Virus record (IMG/VR): IMGVR_UViG_3300015371_000017
Location: 1 to 64,000 of that record
DNA from: a virus
Direction: 5' to 3' (one strand)
DNA: 64,000 nt
The notes under the pieces are model-generated. The model was not told the origin of the DNA, made no database searches, and saw nothing but the letters and a program-made list of their open reading frames with translations. Each line of letters opens with the position of its first letter. The stretch's first letter is position 1. Below are positions 17,544 to 27,295 of this stretch, in pieces. The position numbers were made by a program, and so were the translations under genes.

Positions 17544-19166
17544 TCAGTCCAGTTCATATAAAGCCTCAAACGCTTCGACTATTGGACGCTCCCAATTCTT
17601 CTCCCATGCGTACTTATAGGGATCAAGATGCTCGATATTTCCTAGCCTCATTTTAGCATCCGCGATGCTGATTATCTCAACATTTTCACCTTCAAATACT
17701 TCGGGATAACAAACTGCTAACAAGGGCGTCCCGTACTTCTTAATGAAGCGCGGGAGCAGTCCTCGGAAGATGTAGTGATCGCCAATTCCGCTGTCCAAAA
17801 CCGCGATTTTCCGTTGGGTGAACTTCTCGCCCGTCGTTGCGCCTAGCCACTCAACAAAAAGTTTATTATCACGATCCCACAAGCTGCCGTCACTAAAAGA
17901 GCGTACTCCGCCTTCGGGTTGTTGGAGATGCCACGCTTTTGCAAACGGAGTTACCGCAAGCCGAAATCCTGCGGCTCTAATCTTCATCGAAAACCAACTG
18001 TCTTCGCGGAAGCTGACGGGAGACAGTTTAGGATAACCCCCTGCTTGCCGCCCGGCCTTAGTTCTATACATAAATGCCGAATATAAATGCTGGGTTTCGC
18101 GCACCGCTCCGTTGAATGAATACCATTGAATGTTCACCCCGTTGAATATGTCTTCCACGTTGCCCTTTATGTGATCAGGAAGGGGCTGAACATGGCCGGG
18201 GGAATGAATTAGCGGAGCGATAGCGCCTAGTGTTTCGTCTGCCTCCAATTCCTTCAAAAGCTCTTCTATGACATTCGGCTCTAAAACTATGTCGTCATCC
18301 ATGCGCATCAGATAGTCTGTCGAGGCCGTGCTAAGGGCATGTTGTCGGTTAGTAGCGAGTCCGAGGCGCGGAGTAGTGAACGTCTCAATCTCAATTCCCA
18401 CCTGTTCGAGAAGTTGAAAGAGTTCTCGATAAGGTGATATGTCTCTTAGCTCTTTTTGCTCCCCATCGTCATACAGGACAAATCGCTCAGGTTTGCGAGT
18501 TTGGGTTGCGATTGACGCGATGGTTGCAGGAAGCGTGGTGAAGTATCTTCCGATTGTCGAAATCTCAACTGTGACGGTAGGCGCTGTTTTGGCCGCTAGT
18601 TTGAAGTGACTGCGCTCCATATACCGCTCACGTTCCGGGGTTGAATCACCGACTTGTTTAATTCCCGCAAAGTACAAATCTTCCATATCCCCACGGTATC
18701 CGAGATAAGATTTAGAAAAGAGATCGGGAGATAAGACTGAAGCGAAGTCTTCTACTGAAATGTTTCGATAGTGGTCAGTAGTAAACGGACTGGCGAAAGC
18801 GTCGTGGTCTGTTGTTCCATGCTCCCAGCGATTCGGAGCGGCGCAAGTAACCAAAAACAACCCTCCGTCTCTGAGGTTCCGGTACATCTGGCGTAACGAT
18901 AATTCCCAGTGTTGGTCGTGCTCCAACATCTCCGTGCAAATAATGACGTTGTACCAGCCCGGACATTCCCATTCGTGCGCTTTAGAAACACAATCAACTC
19001 CCACACCTTCGCCTAAATCAATTCCTATGTAATCACAGTCAGTAAAGAACTCCCGCGCCCCGCCGTCTATTTCCAGCGAGCCAACATCCAAGACTTTCTT
19101 TCCCGAAAAGAATTCAGGGTATTCAGCCTTGACTTGCTTGATGAACCATTTCGCTTCTCGATGCAA
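17544..19166 (-). CDS. SAM methyltransferase + GT2 glycosyltransferase + GT9 N-terminal half fusion
   Basis: VLDVGS, CTEMLEHD; LYDDG, RMDDD, FREDS; C-terminal DSGIGDH; TTG start after GGAGG. Confidence 0.85.
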   Translation of the reverse strand: MHREAKWFIKQVKAEYPEFFSGKKVLDVGSLEIDGGAREFFTDCDYIGIDLGEGVGVDCVSKAHEWECPGWYNVIICTEMLEHDQHWELSLRQMYRNLRDGGLFLVTCAAPNRWEHGTTDHDAFASPFTTDHYRNISVEDFASVLSPDLFSKSYLGYRGDMEDLYFAGIKQVGDSTPERERYMERSHFKLAAKTAPTVTVEISTIGRYFTTLPATIASIATQTRKPERFVLYDDGEQKELRDISPYRELFQLLEQVGIEIETFTTPRLGLATNRQHALSTASTDYLMRMDDDIVLEPNVIEELLKELEADETLGAIAPLIHSPGHVQPLPDHIKGNVEDIFNGVNIQWYSFNGAVRETQHLYSAFMYRTKAGRQAGGYPKLSPVSFREDSWFSMKIRAAGFRLAVTPFAKAWHLQQPEGGVRSFSDGSLWDRDNKLFVEWLGATTGEKFTQRKIAVLDSGIGDHYIFRGLLPRFIKKYGTPLLAVCYPEVFEGENVEIISIADAKMRLGNIEHLDPYKYAWEKNWERPIVEAFEALYELD

Positions 19167-20472
19167 AGAATCCTCCAAATCCAAGCATTGATTCTGAAAC
19201 TAAAGGTGTCTCTAATGCGCGCCAGATGCCCGTATTAGGCACTTGTTCCGCGATTACCAACGAGTCAACCGCTTGAATTACACCAGGCCAATCAGAAGTG
19301 TAATCATGGCCGCAAAGTAACCCATCAGCAGTTAGACATGGACGCCAATTCATAATGTCCGCCGTGACTGAATCTACGTCATGTGCTCCGTCCACGAAGA
19401 TCATATTTACTGAGATTCTCAGTTGCCGCATCAACTTGGACGCAGCTAGGCTGTTCATGCGAAGGGGAATGACTCGCCCTGCGTCAATATGATCCCAAAG
19501 GTTTTTGCAAAACTGAAGGTATGCGCCGTCACCGTCATATTCCCTTGAAGCACTGAATGCCGGATCGTCACTCATCGCCCACGAATCAACTGCGTATAAT
19601 CGTCCGCCTTCTGGTAGGTTGTCAGCTAACGCTCGCGTACTGCGACCCATCCAGCTTCCAATTTCTACAATGACGGGATGCGTCTTTGCGGACTCCGCTA
19701 GCCATTGCAGTTCACTCTCCGACATCCAACCTTCGATTTGTTTGGCTCGTTCAATATCCACTGAACCATATCGCTGTCTCAGTAACTTCCGGTTTCTTTC
19801 AACCACTTCTACGTGATTTGGCAACTGTCCGAGCGTGGATTCTCCCTCATGTGAAATAGGAAATGACCCAACCCATCTTGATCGCTTCCACTCCGGTAAA
19901 TGCTCACTATTTGGTACGTGTTCTAATCGGCACTCTTCACCTACGGGAACTTGTACCCATTTCCATCCTGCTTGTTCTGCACGAACACAGAGATCGATGT
20001 CCTCGCCATAAAAGGGACTAAATTGCTCATCCAACCAACCGATCTCATTCAACATCTCTCTTCTTAACATCGCACAGAAGAAGATAATAAATTCATGTTG
20101 TGCGTCTTCACTCCAGAGTTTGTGTGAACCTGTTATTCCTACCTTTGGATCGGAGAACGGATCGGAGAGTAAATTAAGCCAGTGATTCTTTTCTTGAGTG
20201 AGAAGTTCGCAGTCGTCATTTAAGAGTACGACGTATTCCCCTTGCGACTCTTTTATCCCCGTGTTTACGGCGCGACTAAAGCCTTGTGGCTCATCAAACC
20301 AAAGTAATGTGAGAGGTATGCCCATTGACATAATCTCTCGCGTCTCAGGCGGAGCGCCATTTGCACATACGACAATCTCGCAATCATTCAAGTCCGTATA
20401 TTGAACAATAGATTTTAAGAGGGTTTTTAAGCCTCCTGTATTGAGGTACGTTGGGATGATAATACTTTTCAT
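19123..20472 (-). CDS. GT2 glycosyltransferase + class I methyltransferase (Methyltransf_24-like) fusion
   Basis: SIIIPTY, GFSRAVNTG, LLNDD, GEDIDLC; VEIGSWMGRS, FVDGAH, GHDY. Confidence 0.9.
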   Translation of the reverse strand: MKSIIIPTYLNTGGLKTLLKSIVQYTDLNDCEIVVCANGAPPETREIMSMGIPLTLLWFDEPQGFSRAVNTGIKESQGEYVVLLNDDCELLTQEKNHWLNLLSDPFSDPKVGITGSHKLWSEDAQHEFIIFFCAMLRREMLNEIGWLDEQFSPFYGEDIDLCVRAEQAGWKWVQVPVGEECRLEHVPNSEHLPEWKRSRWVGSFPISHEGESTLGQLPNHVEVVERNRKLLRQRYGSVDIERAKQIEGWMSESELQWLAESAKTHPVIVEIGSWMGRSTRALADNLPEGGRLYAVDSWAMSDDPAFSASREYDGDGAYLQFCKNLWDHIDAGRVIPLRMNSLAASKLMRQLRISVNMIFVDGAHDVDSVTADIMNWRPCLTADGLLCGHDYTSDWPGVIQAVDSLVIAEQVPNTGIWRALETPLVSESMLGFGGFFASRSEMVHQASQG

Positions 20473-22007
20473 TCAGCCTCCCACATAAACACTTGCGCGC
20501 CGGGCGATCCGGTGACAGTCCACGCTATATCAAAAGTCGTTGCGCCGATGTTTTGCACGATTCCCACTACGCCTACGTTTGCTGCTGTGCTTATTACAAT
20601 ACCATTTGTGGTAGAAGTTGCAGCGGCCTGAGTAGTGGTGATGGCGGCTGTATTATAACTCTGAGATATGCTTCTATTCCCACTCGCATTAGCAACCCCG
20701 ATAGAAACCGTTGTTGGGGTAGCGGAGTTGTTGCCAGTAAAAGTTCCCATTCCATAAATTCTAATTATCTTTGGCGTTCTCCCCAAACCATGGGTTACGG
20801 ATGTTGTTTGCGTCGATGTAGAGGTAGTGCCCACCCCTGCTGTTGAGCCTATCGTTCCGGTTGCCCCAGACGTTCCCGAGAAACCGGAGACGCCAGAAAA
20901 TCCCGATGTCCCGCTTGCCCCTGAAGTCCCTGCGCCGCTTACCCCGGTGAACCCGGACGTGCCAGAAAAGCCAGACACTCCACTGAATCCAGAAATGCCG
21001 CTTGCGCCAGTAAAGCCTGAGATACCCGACGCGCCTGTAAATCCTGAGACTCCCGAAAAGCCAGAAGTACCTGCGGCCCCGCTGACACCAGTGAAACCTG
21101 ACTTGCCACTTGCTCCACTCGCGCCAGATACTCCGTCAGCACCAGTTGCGCCTGCTTGTCCACTCACCCCTGAAAACCCGGATGTACCCGACGCGCCACT
21201 TATCCCTGAGTCTCCTGAGAAGCCGCTTACGCCTGAAGCACCATCCGCGCCTGTTGCTCCTGCTTCACCGGAAAATCCAGATACGCCGCTAGCCCCGCTT
21301 GCACCGGAAGCCCCGTCTACTCCTATCGTTCCCGCTTCCCCGCTTACACCTGAATAGCCGGAAACACCTGAGTATCCAGAATCTCCCGAAGCCCCTGAAA
21401 CCCCACTGGCACCGGGATTCGCCCCACTAAATCCAGACTTGCCGGACGCTCCAGACGCACCCGAAAAGCCTGAAGCTCCATCAGCCCCAACTACCCCGCT
21501 TGCTCCGGTAAAACCTGATGTCCCTGAAGCGCCCGACGCCCCAGACGCTCCGGGGTTTGCGCCACTAAAACCGGACGTTCCAGAAGCCCCTGAACCTCCC
21601 GTGAAGCCACTAACGCCGCTGAACCCACTCTTACCACTTGCACCACTCGCTCCGCTTATTCCCGTGCCGCTGAAACCTGACTTACCGGAAGTTCCCGAAT
21701 ATCCACTGACACCACTCGTTCCCGGAGCGCCGGGGTTAGCTCCGCTATACCCAGACACACCAGAATAACCAGAGACTCCTGAAAACCCGGAAGCACCCGG
21801 ATTGGCCCCGCTGTATCCTGATTTACCTGAGTAGCCTGATTTGCCGGAATAACCTGACTTGCCTGAGAAACCTGAGTAGCCTGTATTGCCTACCGTAACG
21901 ACGCGGATTACTTGATCGCCCTGAACCTCAACTGTTTGAGTGTCGGAAACAGTGATGGTAGTTGGCGAACCAACTTCCTGAATAGTGATGTTGACGAGTT
22001 GAAGCAC
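20469..22007 (-). CDS. long collagen-like Gly-X-Ser fibre protein
   Basis: roughly 340-350 aa of G-X-S/T triplets; C-terminal HGLGRTP fibre-tip domain. Confidence 0.85.
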   Translation of the reverse strand: MLQLVNITIQEVGSPTTITVSDTQTVEVQGDQVIRVVTVGNTGYSGFSGKSGYSGKSGYSGKSGYSGANPGASGFSGVSGYSGVSGYSGANPGAPGTSGVSGYSGTSGKSGFSGTGISGASGASGKSGFSGVSGFTGGSGASGTSGFSGANPGASGASGASGTSGFTGASGVVGADGASGFSGASGASGKSGFSGANPGASGVSGASGDSGYSGVSGYSGVSGEAGTIGVDGASGASGASGVSGFSGEAGATGADGASGVSGFSGDSGISGASGTSGFSGVSGQAGATGADGVSGASGASGKSGFTGVSGAAGTSGFSGVSGFTGASGISGFTGASGISGFSGVSGFSGTSGFTGVSGAGTSGASGTSGFSGVSGFSGTSGATGTIGSTAGVGTTSTSTQTTSVTHGLGRTPKIIRIYGMGTFTGNNSATPTTVSIGVANASGNRSISQSYNTAAITTTQAAATSTTNGIVISTAANVGVVGIVQNIGATTFDIAWTVTGSPGAQVFMWEAE

Positions 22008-22019
22008 ACGTTTATTCCA

Positions 22020-22355
22020 CTAGGAGCACTCGTTGACGAAAATTTTCCCTTCTATTAAGCACGGATTCGCATCGCCACTCTCAACAACACTTAGCTTATA
22101 AGTTCCGCTTGTCCAAGTAAGTGCCGCGGTATCCGCAGCAGTTAATGCGAGATCGTAAACACCGGGTGATGCGTTTGTGAATTTCCCATTTGCTTGTGTC
22201 CAGCTAAACGCCGCAGCGCCGTTTGGAGTCACGTCAATCTGCGCGCTACTAAGAGTAAGGGGCGCTCCCGCGTCATCGGTAAGAATGAAGGTTTTTTGAA
22301 ACACCCCACCTTTAACGATAACCGCCGTCCAACTGCTGACTTGAGTAGTTGCCAT
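22020..22355 (-). CDS. BppU-like fibre-anchoring protein
   Basis: TDDAGAPLTLS...LALTAADTAAL.W..G.Y.L...EG.I.V pattern. Confidence 0.55.
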   Translation of the reverse strand: MATTQVSSWTAVIVKGGVFQKTFILTDDAGAPLTLSSAQIDVTPNGAAAFSWTQANGKFTNASPGVYDLALTAADTAALTWTSGTYKLSVVESGDANPCLIEGKIFVNECS

Positions 22356-22357
22356 AA

Positions 22358-22831
22358 TTAAGTAATTTGTTTCCAAACTGCCGCGCCGGTACTAGCGTCT
22401 ACGGATAAATATCCATTCTGCAAAACCGTATCCACCCACACACTTCCTATTGGATATCCGGCTGCGCCATCATCCGTGATCGCCGGAGCAACCGTCGCAG
22501 TGTGAATACGCGGAACTTCTAAACTCGATCTTGCTCCTGCTGCCGTATTTGCATTTGTGCCGCCATTGGCAATCGGCAATACGCCGCTCGGCGTTGGCGT
22601 TCCGGTTAAAGTTACCGATCCGCCTACTGCCGTAAAACTTAATCCGGTAGCTCCGCCAGAGAATAGAATCGTGGGGCCAGTTGCGCCCGCCCCTGAATCA
22701 CCATTGATCGTTGTGACCGCACCGCCCGAACTTGCACCTGAAATGTTAGTAATATCAGGCGGCGGTAATACCTCGTATGCCTGATAGGTGATTTGCGAAT
22801 CAAGCTGCGAATTGTAGTCCTCAGAACTCAT
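22358..22831 (-). CDS. tail fibre-like protein
   Basis: GVLPIANGGT.A.TAAGARSSL; DD...GY.IGSVW.D motif. Confidence 0.65.
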   Translation of the reverse strand: MSSEDYNSQLDSQITYQAYEVLPPPDITNISGASSGGAVTTINGDSGAGATGPTILFSGGATGLSFTAVGGSVTLTGTPTPSGVLPIANGGTNANTAAGARSSLEVPRIHTATVAPAITDDGAAGYPIGSVWVDTVLQNGYLSVDASTGAAVWKQIT

Positions 22832-23202
22832 AATGATTCTTCGGTTAATACCGCATCAGGAAACTTCTCTTTCAATTCAGCTAACACTTGATCTCTCTCG
22901 GACTCTTGAAATGATCTACTTTGCAGCATGGCGTTTTTCAACTCTATAACCCCCGATGGATTCTCCGGGTTAGGGGTAACTTGCGCTGTGCCGCTCTTCA
23001 CAAAAATCTTGTATCGGAACAATTTTGGTTTCTGAATCTTCACGTCTCCACGGCGTTCAATTCTAATTGCCCCATCAGGGTGATCGGCACGTAACTGATT
23101 CATTATCTTTACGGCTGTAAGTTCACCCACGCCATGACGAATAGATTCTCCCACCCATTCAGTAGACTTTACCCCGACAACATGAAAGCGAATTTGACTC
23201 AA
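22828..23202 (-). CDS. hypothetical protein
   Basis: ORF coupled within the structural operon. Confidence 0.55.
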   Translation of the reverse strand: MSQIRFHVVGVKSTEWVGESIRHGVGELTAVKIMNQLRADHPDGAIRIERRGDVKIQKPKLFRYKIFVKSGTAQVTPNPENPSGVIELKNAMLQSRSFQESERDQVLAELKEKFPDAVLTEESL

Positions 23203-25313
23203 CGCCGTGCCCCCATTTGTGCTCGTTCGTACTCGATAAGATCAACGCGGTCAAGTCTGCCCGTGTCCGTACAGTCACCATCTACGCGGATTGTGTGTTC
23301 CATCGCGTTTTTAACGTTAATCTGATATCGCTTACTAAGTGCGACCCCAGTAGTGTCAGCTAATGCCATCGCCCCTGTTGCACTACCCGTTCCGGCGTCA
23401 ATAGCGTCCACGTCAATTACCTCGTTTGGCCCCCATTTGTAGACCATAAAATGAGCGGCAGTGAGCTTCCCTTGAACCCGCACAGCTTTTATGATGTCGT
23501 CTCTCAACCCACTAGACACGACAGGCGGCGTAATAAACCACGGCGTTCCTTCGCCTGCGTCGAATCTCTCAGTAGTTGAGCTTCCCGCATCAGTTCCCGT
23601 GCGTCCTCCGATAATCAAGTCCAGCCTATCACCTACGGTTGCTACACCACTTACTATCGAGTCTTTGGTGTCGCTGCTGAGATACCCATGTGAAATCCAT
23701 GCATTCTGTGAAATCCCAAACATCAGCCAACGAGTACGCCAGAACCCCGCATCATTCAAACTGTCCCCTGAGTGAAAGAACACCACGCCATCGTTGAACG
23801 GATCGTATCCTACTAGCACTTGGCCGGGATTCCAGCCGGGATTACCTATAGAGCGATCACCTAAGATTATCTCCGCTACATCCTCGGCCCAGTCTCTTTC
23901 TGCGACAATTTCATCACCATCCCCGACTGAGCGACTTGGCCCTGCGACTGGAAATCCGTAAAGAGTTCCGTTGACAAAAACTAATTGATAACGATTCGCA
24001 AACCCATCTTTCCAGAACGGACGAATGATAATAGGCACAGCATCACTCGGGGTAGATTGTGCGATTTGCAGATGATTGTAGGTAAGTAAATACAGTCGGC
24101 CCTGAGCAGTGACTACTCCAATGATCGTTTCAGGCGGTGAACTGGAGAATGCTAAATCCAAAGGCGCGGCTTCGATGTTATTTGGCTTAGACGGAACGAT
24201 GAACGGCCCCGGCGAAGTAGCTGTAGGATGGCTTGGGTTTCCCTGTCCCTGGCAGCTAATGTAAATCAGCACCGCATTCATGGACGCAACGAATTCCGCG
24301 TCCGTTGGGGGATCGTTATTAAAACTAACTATCTCATTGTTCTCTACTTCCGCGTCATACCACTGAAAATCAAAGTCACCCCCCGCTGGGCTTACCTGCG
24401 TATCATCCACCATAACTAGGTAGTGCCACGGGCCGTTAAGATAATTCAGATCAGCCCCTAAGTTATCGGCATAAGTTGTCACCCACACTTTCCACGCATT
24501 CTGTCCGTTAGTTGTGTCCATTGCGGGAAAAGTGATGCGGATTACGTCGTTTGTGGCAATCGTAACATCTGCTCGTTCGGAGGGGTTGTTGTAACCGCCT
24601 GTTTCTTTACGCGCGGGAGTGATTACAACCGAGTAGTTCCCTGCTTGCATTTTGCTACCACCACCTACCGCCGTAGCGGTTGGTGCGGTAGGTGTATCCA
24701 TTCCTAACGTGAAGTTTGTGTAATTACCCGTCGCCGCATCAAACAGGGAAATCTGAGGAGCACGAGTCATGGTCAAGGACGAACCTTGCAAGGGTGCTCC
24801 GTTAACCTGAAACTCTCCGCTTCCAGCCGAGACATACGATCCGCGATCCAGTTTCAAGGCATCGCCTGTTAGTCCCGTACCTCGTTGATCGTTTACCGCC
24901 CAGATGCTTGAAGCACGAAATCCCGTCACACCTGAAACTGTGTCTCCGGGCGCTTTCCAGACCACCATTGAATCATCAGCATCTATTCGGCGCACCACTA
25001 ACAACCACGAGTTGTCATCTTTGATAGCGACTATGAATTGACCAAGGTGACATTCATCAAAGAATGCTGTTCCTGCGCCTGTGACAGTTGTAGAGCCAGC
25101 AGTGAATTCAAGAGTGCCAGTGAGAGCAACTAAGTTCAGAGGTTCATTCAGATCGCCTAAACCTGAGAAATTTTCCTCATAAAACTTCCCCTCACGCCCG
25201 CGCGTCACCATGTTGCTCTTGCGCCAGATAACGGGAAAGTCATCACCCGTGCGCGGCAACGTCGGCACAAACGGCCCTGAGCGCATAACTCGTGGTGGTT
25301 TCTCTTGTCCCAT
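23199..25313 (-). CDS. tail nozzle/tubular protein B-like (P22 gp10/T7 gp12-like)
   Basis: 704 aa, beta-rich, downstream of adaptor-like genes; call rests on size and position. Confidence 0.55.
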   Translation of the reverse strand: MGQEKPPRVMRSGPFVPTLPRTGDDFPVIWRKSNMVTRGREGKFYEENFSGLGDLNEPLNLVALTGTLEFTAGSTTVTGAGTAFFDECHLGQFIVAIKDDNSWLLVVRRIDADDSMVVWKAPGDTVSGVTGFRASSIWAVNDQRGTGLTGDALKLDRGSYVSAGSGEFQVNGAPLQGSSLTMTRAPQISLFDAATGNYTNFTLGMDTPTAPTATAVGGGSKMQAGNYSVVITPARKETGGYNNPSERADVTIATNDVIRITFPAMDTTNGQNAWKVWVTTYADNLGADLNYLNGPWHYLVMVDDTQVSPAGGDFDFQWYDAEVENNEIVSFNNDPPTDAEFVASMNAVLIYISCQGQGNPSHPTATSPGPFIVPSKPNNIEAAPLDLAFSSSPPETIIGVVTAQGRLYLLTYNHLQIAQSTPSDAVPIIIRPFWKDGFANRYQLVFVNGTLYGFPVAGPSRSVGDGDEIVAERDWAEDVAEIILGDRSIGNPGWNPGQVLVGYDPFNDGVVFFHSGDSLNDAGFWRTRWLMFGISQNAWISHGYLSSDTKDSIVSGVATVGDRLDLIIGGRTGTDAGSSTTERFDAGEGTPWFITPPVVSSGLRDDIIKAVRVQGKLTAAHFMVYKWGPNEVIDVDAIDAGTGSATGAMALADTTGVALSKRYQINVKNAMEHTIRVDGDCTDTGRLDRVDLIEYERAQMGARR

Positions 25314-25886
25314 TTACGCCGCTGCTCCAGCCAGCTTCGCGATCTGTCCTCGTAAAGCCTCAGATAATGCTTCGTCTAAATCGCTGAGAACCTCATCCGT
25401 ACAATCAATATCGTCCGTCGCAAGTGTGGGTTTGGAAACGGCGCACGGAACTACGAGAGTACGAGCACCCGTTGCTGCTAAAGGCACACTGAAATTTGCG
25501 TTAGGTTCAACTACTTGTAACGTACCCCCACCTCGCAAAGTGTACTTGCCTAATCTTCGATCACTAGAGCGGATGAATTGAGGATAATCCCGCCATGCGT
25601 ATTTTTTACTTAAAGCAGCAGGATCGATCAGAGTTGAATCAGCAATATATTTCGTGAGGACATCACTAGTTAGAGTTGCCGTTCCTGCTACCAACGTAAT
25701 TGACTTCTCACGTCTCAATAGAGAGCGCTTGTATTCATCCGCAGCCGCCGCTTCACTAACAGACTGAGAGACAATAGGGAATAAAGTATCAGCAATTCCC
25801 ACCGCATCTATCGCGGCAGACTGTTCAGGCGGTACGCCGTGAAGCGCGTTATTAACTGAGGACAGAAGTAAATCCTGATAGCGCAT
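25314..25886 (-). CDS. head-tail adaptor-like protein
   Basis: size and position; helical ends with a beta middle. Confidence 0.45.
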   Translation of the reverse strand: MRYQDLLLSSVNNALHGVPPEQSAAIDAVGIADTLFPIVSQSVSEAAAADEYKRSLLRREKSITLVAGTATLTSDVLTKYIADSTLIDPAALSKKYAWRDYPQFIRSSDRRLGKYTLRGGGTLQVVEPNANFSVPLAATGARTLVVPCAVSKPTLATDDIDCTDEVLSDLDEALSEALRGQIAKLAGAAA

Positions 25887-26576
25887 CTATGCTGCCTGAC
25901 TTTCCATTACCGCAGGTGGAATGCTTGCTATTGTGCTCTGAAAATACTGCGCCCAGAGTTGGGACTGTTGAAGAAATTCGTCGTCCCTGACGAGAGCGGC
26001 GCATCCGCCACAAATCACTGCCTCAACCAACGAATCAGCTAAGGTGAAGTCTCCGTTTTGATCGTAAATTGCCGTTTGAACGTCGGCATCCCACACGCAG
26101 CCGATTAAGGTTGCCGTGGTTTGAGTATGTAGAATTTTATCAGGTGTCAGAGCAAAGTAATCTGCGGGTGCTAAGTATAGCGCGGGAGCTAACAGTCTGT
26201 TTCTCACTACGGCCACGGGCATCCGCGTTAGGGTCACGCCATCTTGATCTACTGCCCCGCCAAAGTTGCCGATAAACGGCGCGCCTGTTGAATCGGTTGA
26301 AGGTAAATCCGCGCCCGACGCTAAGGCGGCAGACGTTCCCCGAAGATATGCACGTAAGACTCGGTTGCCTGAGAGTGCAATAGCTTGAGCTAGTTTCCCT
26401 TGTGCTTGAACCAGCGAATCTCTTATCGCGTTAAAAGGGAAAATGCTGGAATCGAAAAGCTCGTCAACGAGCGGGCGCGTAGAATAAGTAGTCTGTAATT
26501 CTACGGGATCAGTGCCGACTAATGCGTTGACGCGCAGACTTGCGGAAGCGATTAAATCATGGCATTGTATAGACAT
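25887..26576 (-). CDS. head-tail adaptor-like protein
   Basis: size, position and helical C-terminus; RBS AGGAGG lies inside the HNH gene. Confidence 0.45.
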   Translation of the reverse strand: MSIQCHDLIASASLRVNALVGTDPVELQTTYSTRPLVDELFDSSIFPFNAIRDSLVQAQGKLAQAIALSGNRVLRAYLRGTSAALASGADLPSTDSTGAPFIGNFGGAVDQDGVTLTRMPVAVVRNRLLAPALYLAPADYFALTPDKILHTQTTATLIGCVWDADVQTAIYDQNGDFTLADSLVEAVICGGCAALVRDDEFLQQSQLWAQYFQSTIASIPPAVMESQAA

Positions 26577-27294
26577 GCTTCAGCCTACGCCTCCTGTGAG
26601 CGGATTGCTCACCCCTGTCAGATTCATCGAGAAACGTGGACGCCGCAACTTTTGGCTATATCGTTGTGAGTGTGGTAATGAAAAGATTTTACGATCCAGC
26701 ACAGACGCCAAATCATGCGGCTGTTCTCGTAAAGGGAAAGGCGCAACACATGGACTATGGGGTACGCGAGTATACTGGGCTTGGGCCGCCATGCTCCACA
26801 GAACGCGAACGACAAAGGGTACTATGTACGAAAAATACGGCAAGCGTGGAATTGGCGTATGCGAGCGATGGCTGAAGTTCGAGAACTTCTTTGCCGACAT
26901 GGGACATCCGCCCGTTGGCCCGTACTCGGTCGAGCGAAAAAACAACGACAAGGGATATAGTCCTGATAATTGCAAATGGGCACTTCCACCAGAACAATCA
27001 CGAAACACTAGGCGCAACGTCCGTCTTACCGTTAACGGACGCACCCAAGTCTTAATGGATTGGGCGATTGAAACGGGTATTCCCCACAGAACGCTGTCAG
27101 GACGCTTCAAGCTTGGCTGGACTCCAGAAGAAATCATCGGACTTGCGCCACGGCCATCAGATCGGCTGCTCACTCTAAACGATGAGAGCCACACCCTTAC
27201 TGAATGGGCAAGACTTCGCGGAATTAAACACCAGACACTTAGCTGGCGTTTACGCAACGGCAAAACACTTGCGGAAGCTTTAATTTCCATATAG
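26575..27294 (+). CDS. HNH homing endonuclease (inverted insertion)
   Basis: CECG, KSCGC, YGKRGIGVCERW, SVERKNNDKGYSPDNCKW; duplicated C-terminal HTH. Confidence 0.9.
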   Translation: MLQPTPPVSGLLTPVRFIEKRGRRNFWLYRCECGNEKILRSSTDAKSCGCSRKGKGATHGLWGTRVYWAWAAMLHRTRTTKGTMYEKYGKRGIGVCERWLKFENFFADMGHPPVGPYSVERKNNDKGYSPDNCKWALPPEQSRNTRRNVRLTVNGRTQVLMDWAIETGIPHRTLSGRFKLGWTPEEIIGLAPRPSDRLLTLNDESHTLTEWARLRGIKHQTLSWRLRNGKTLAEALISI

Positions 27295-27295
27295 C

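Noticed and set aside
16566-17544. Group I intron carrying the GIY-YIG gene
   Set aside because: There is no non-coding flank for a ribozyme core (3-nt gap and GTGA overlap), so it is treated as a free-standing gene.
20827-21768. Pro-rich + strand ORFs (PEAPDAP...), also at 13427-13873 and 9850-10221
   Set aside because: They are antisense shadows of the Gly-X-Ser codon repeats and have no RBS or operon context.
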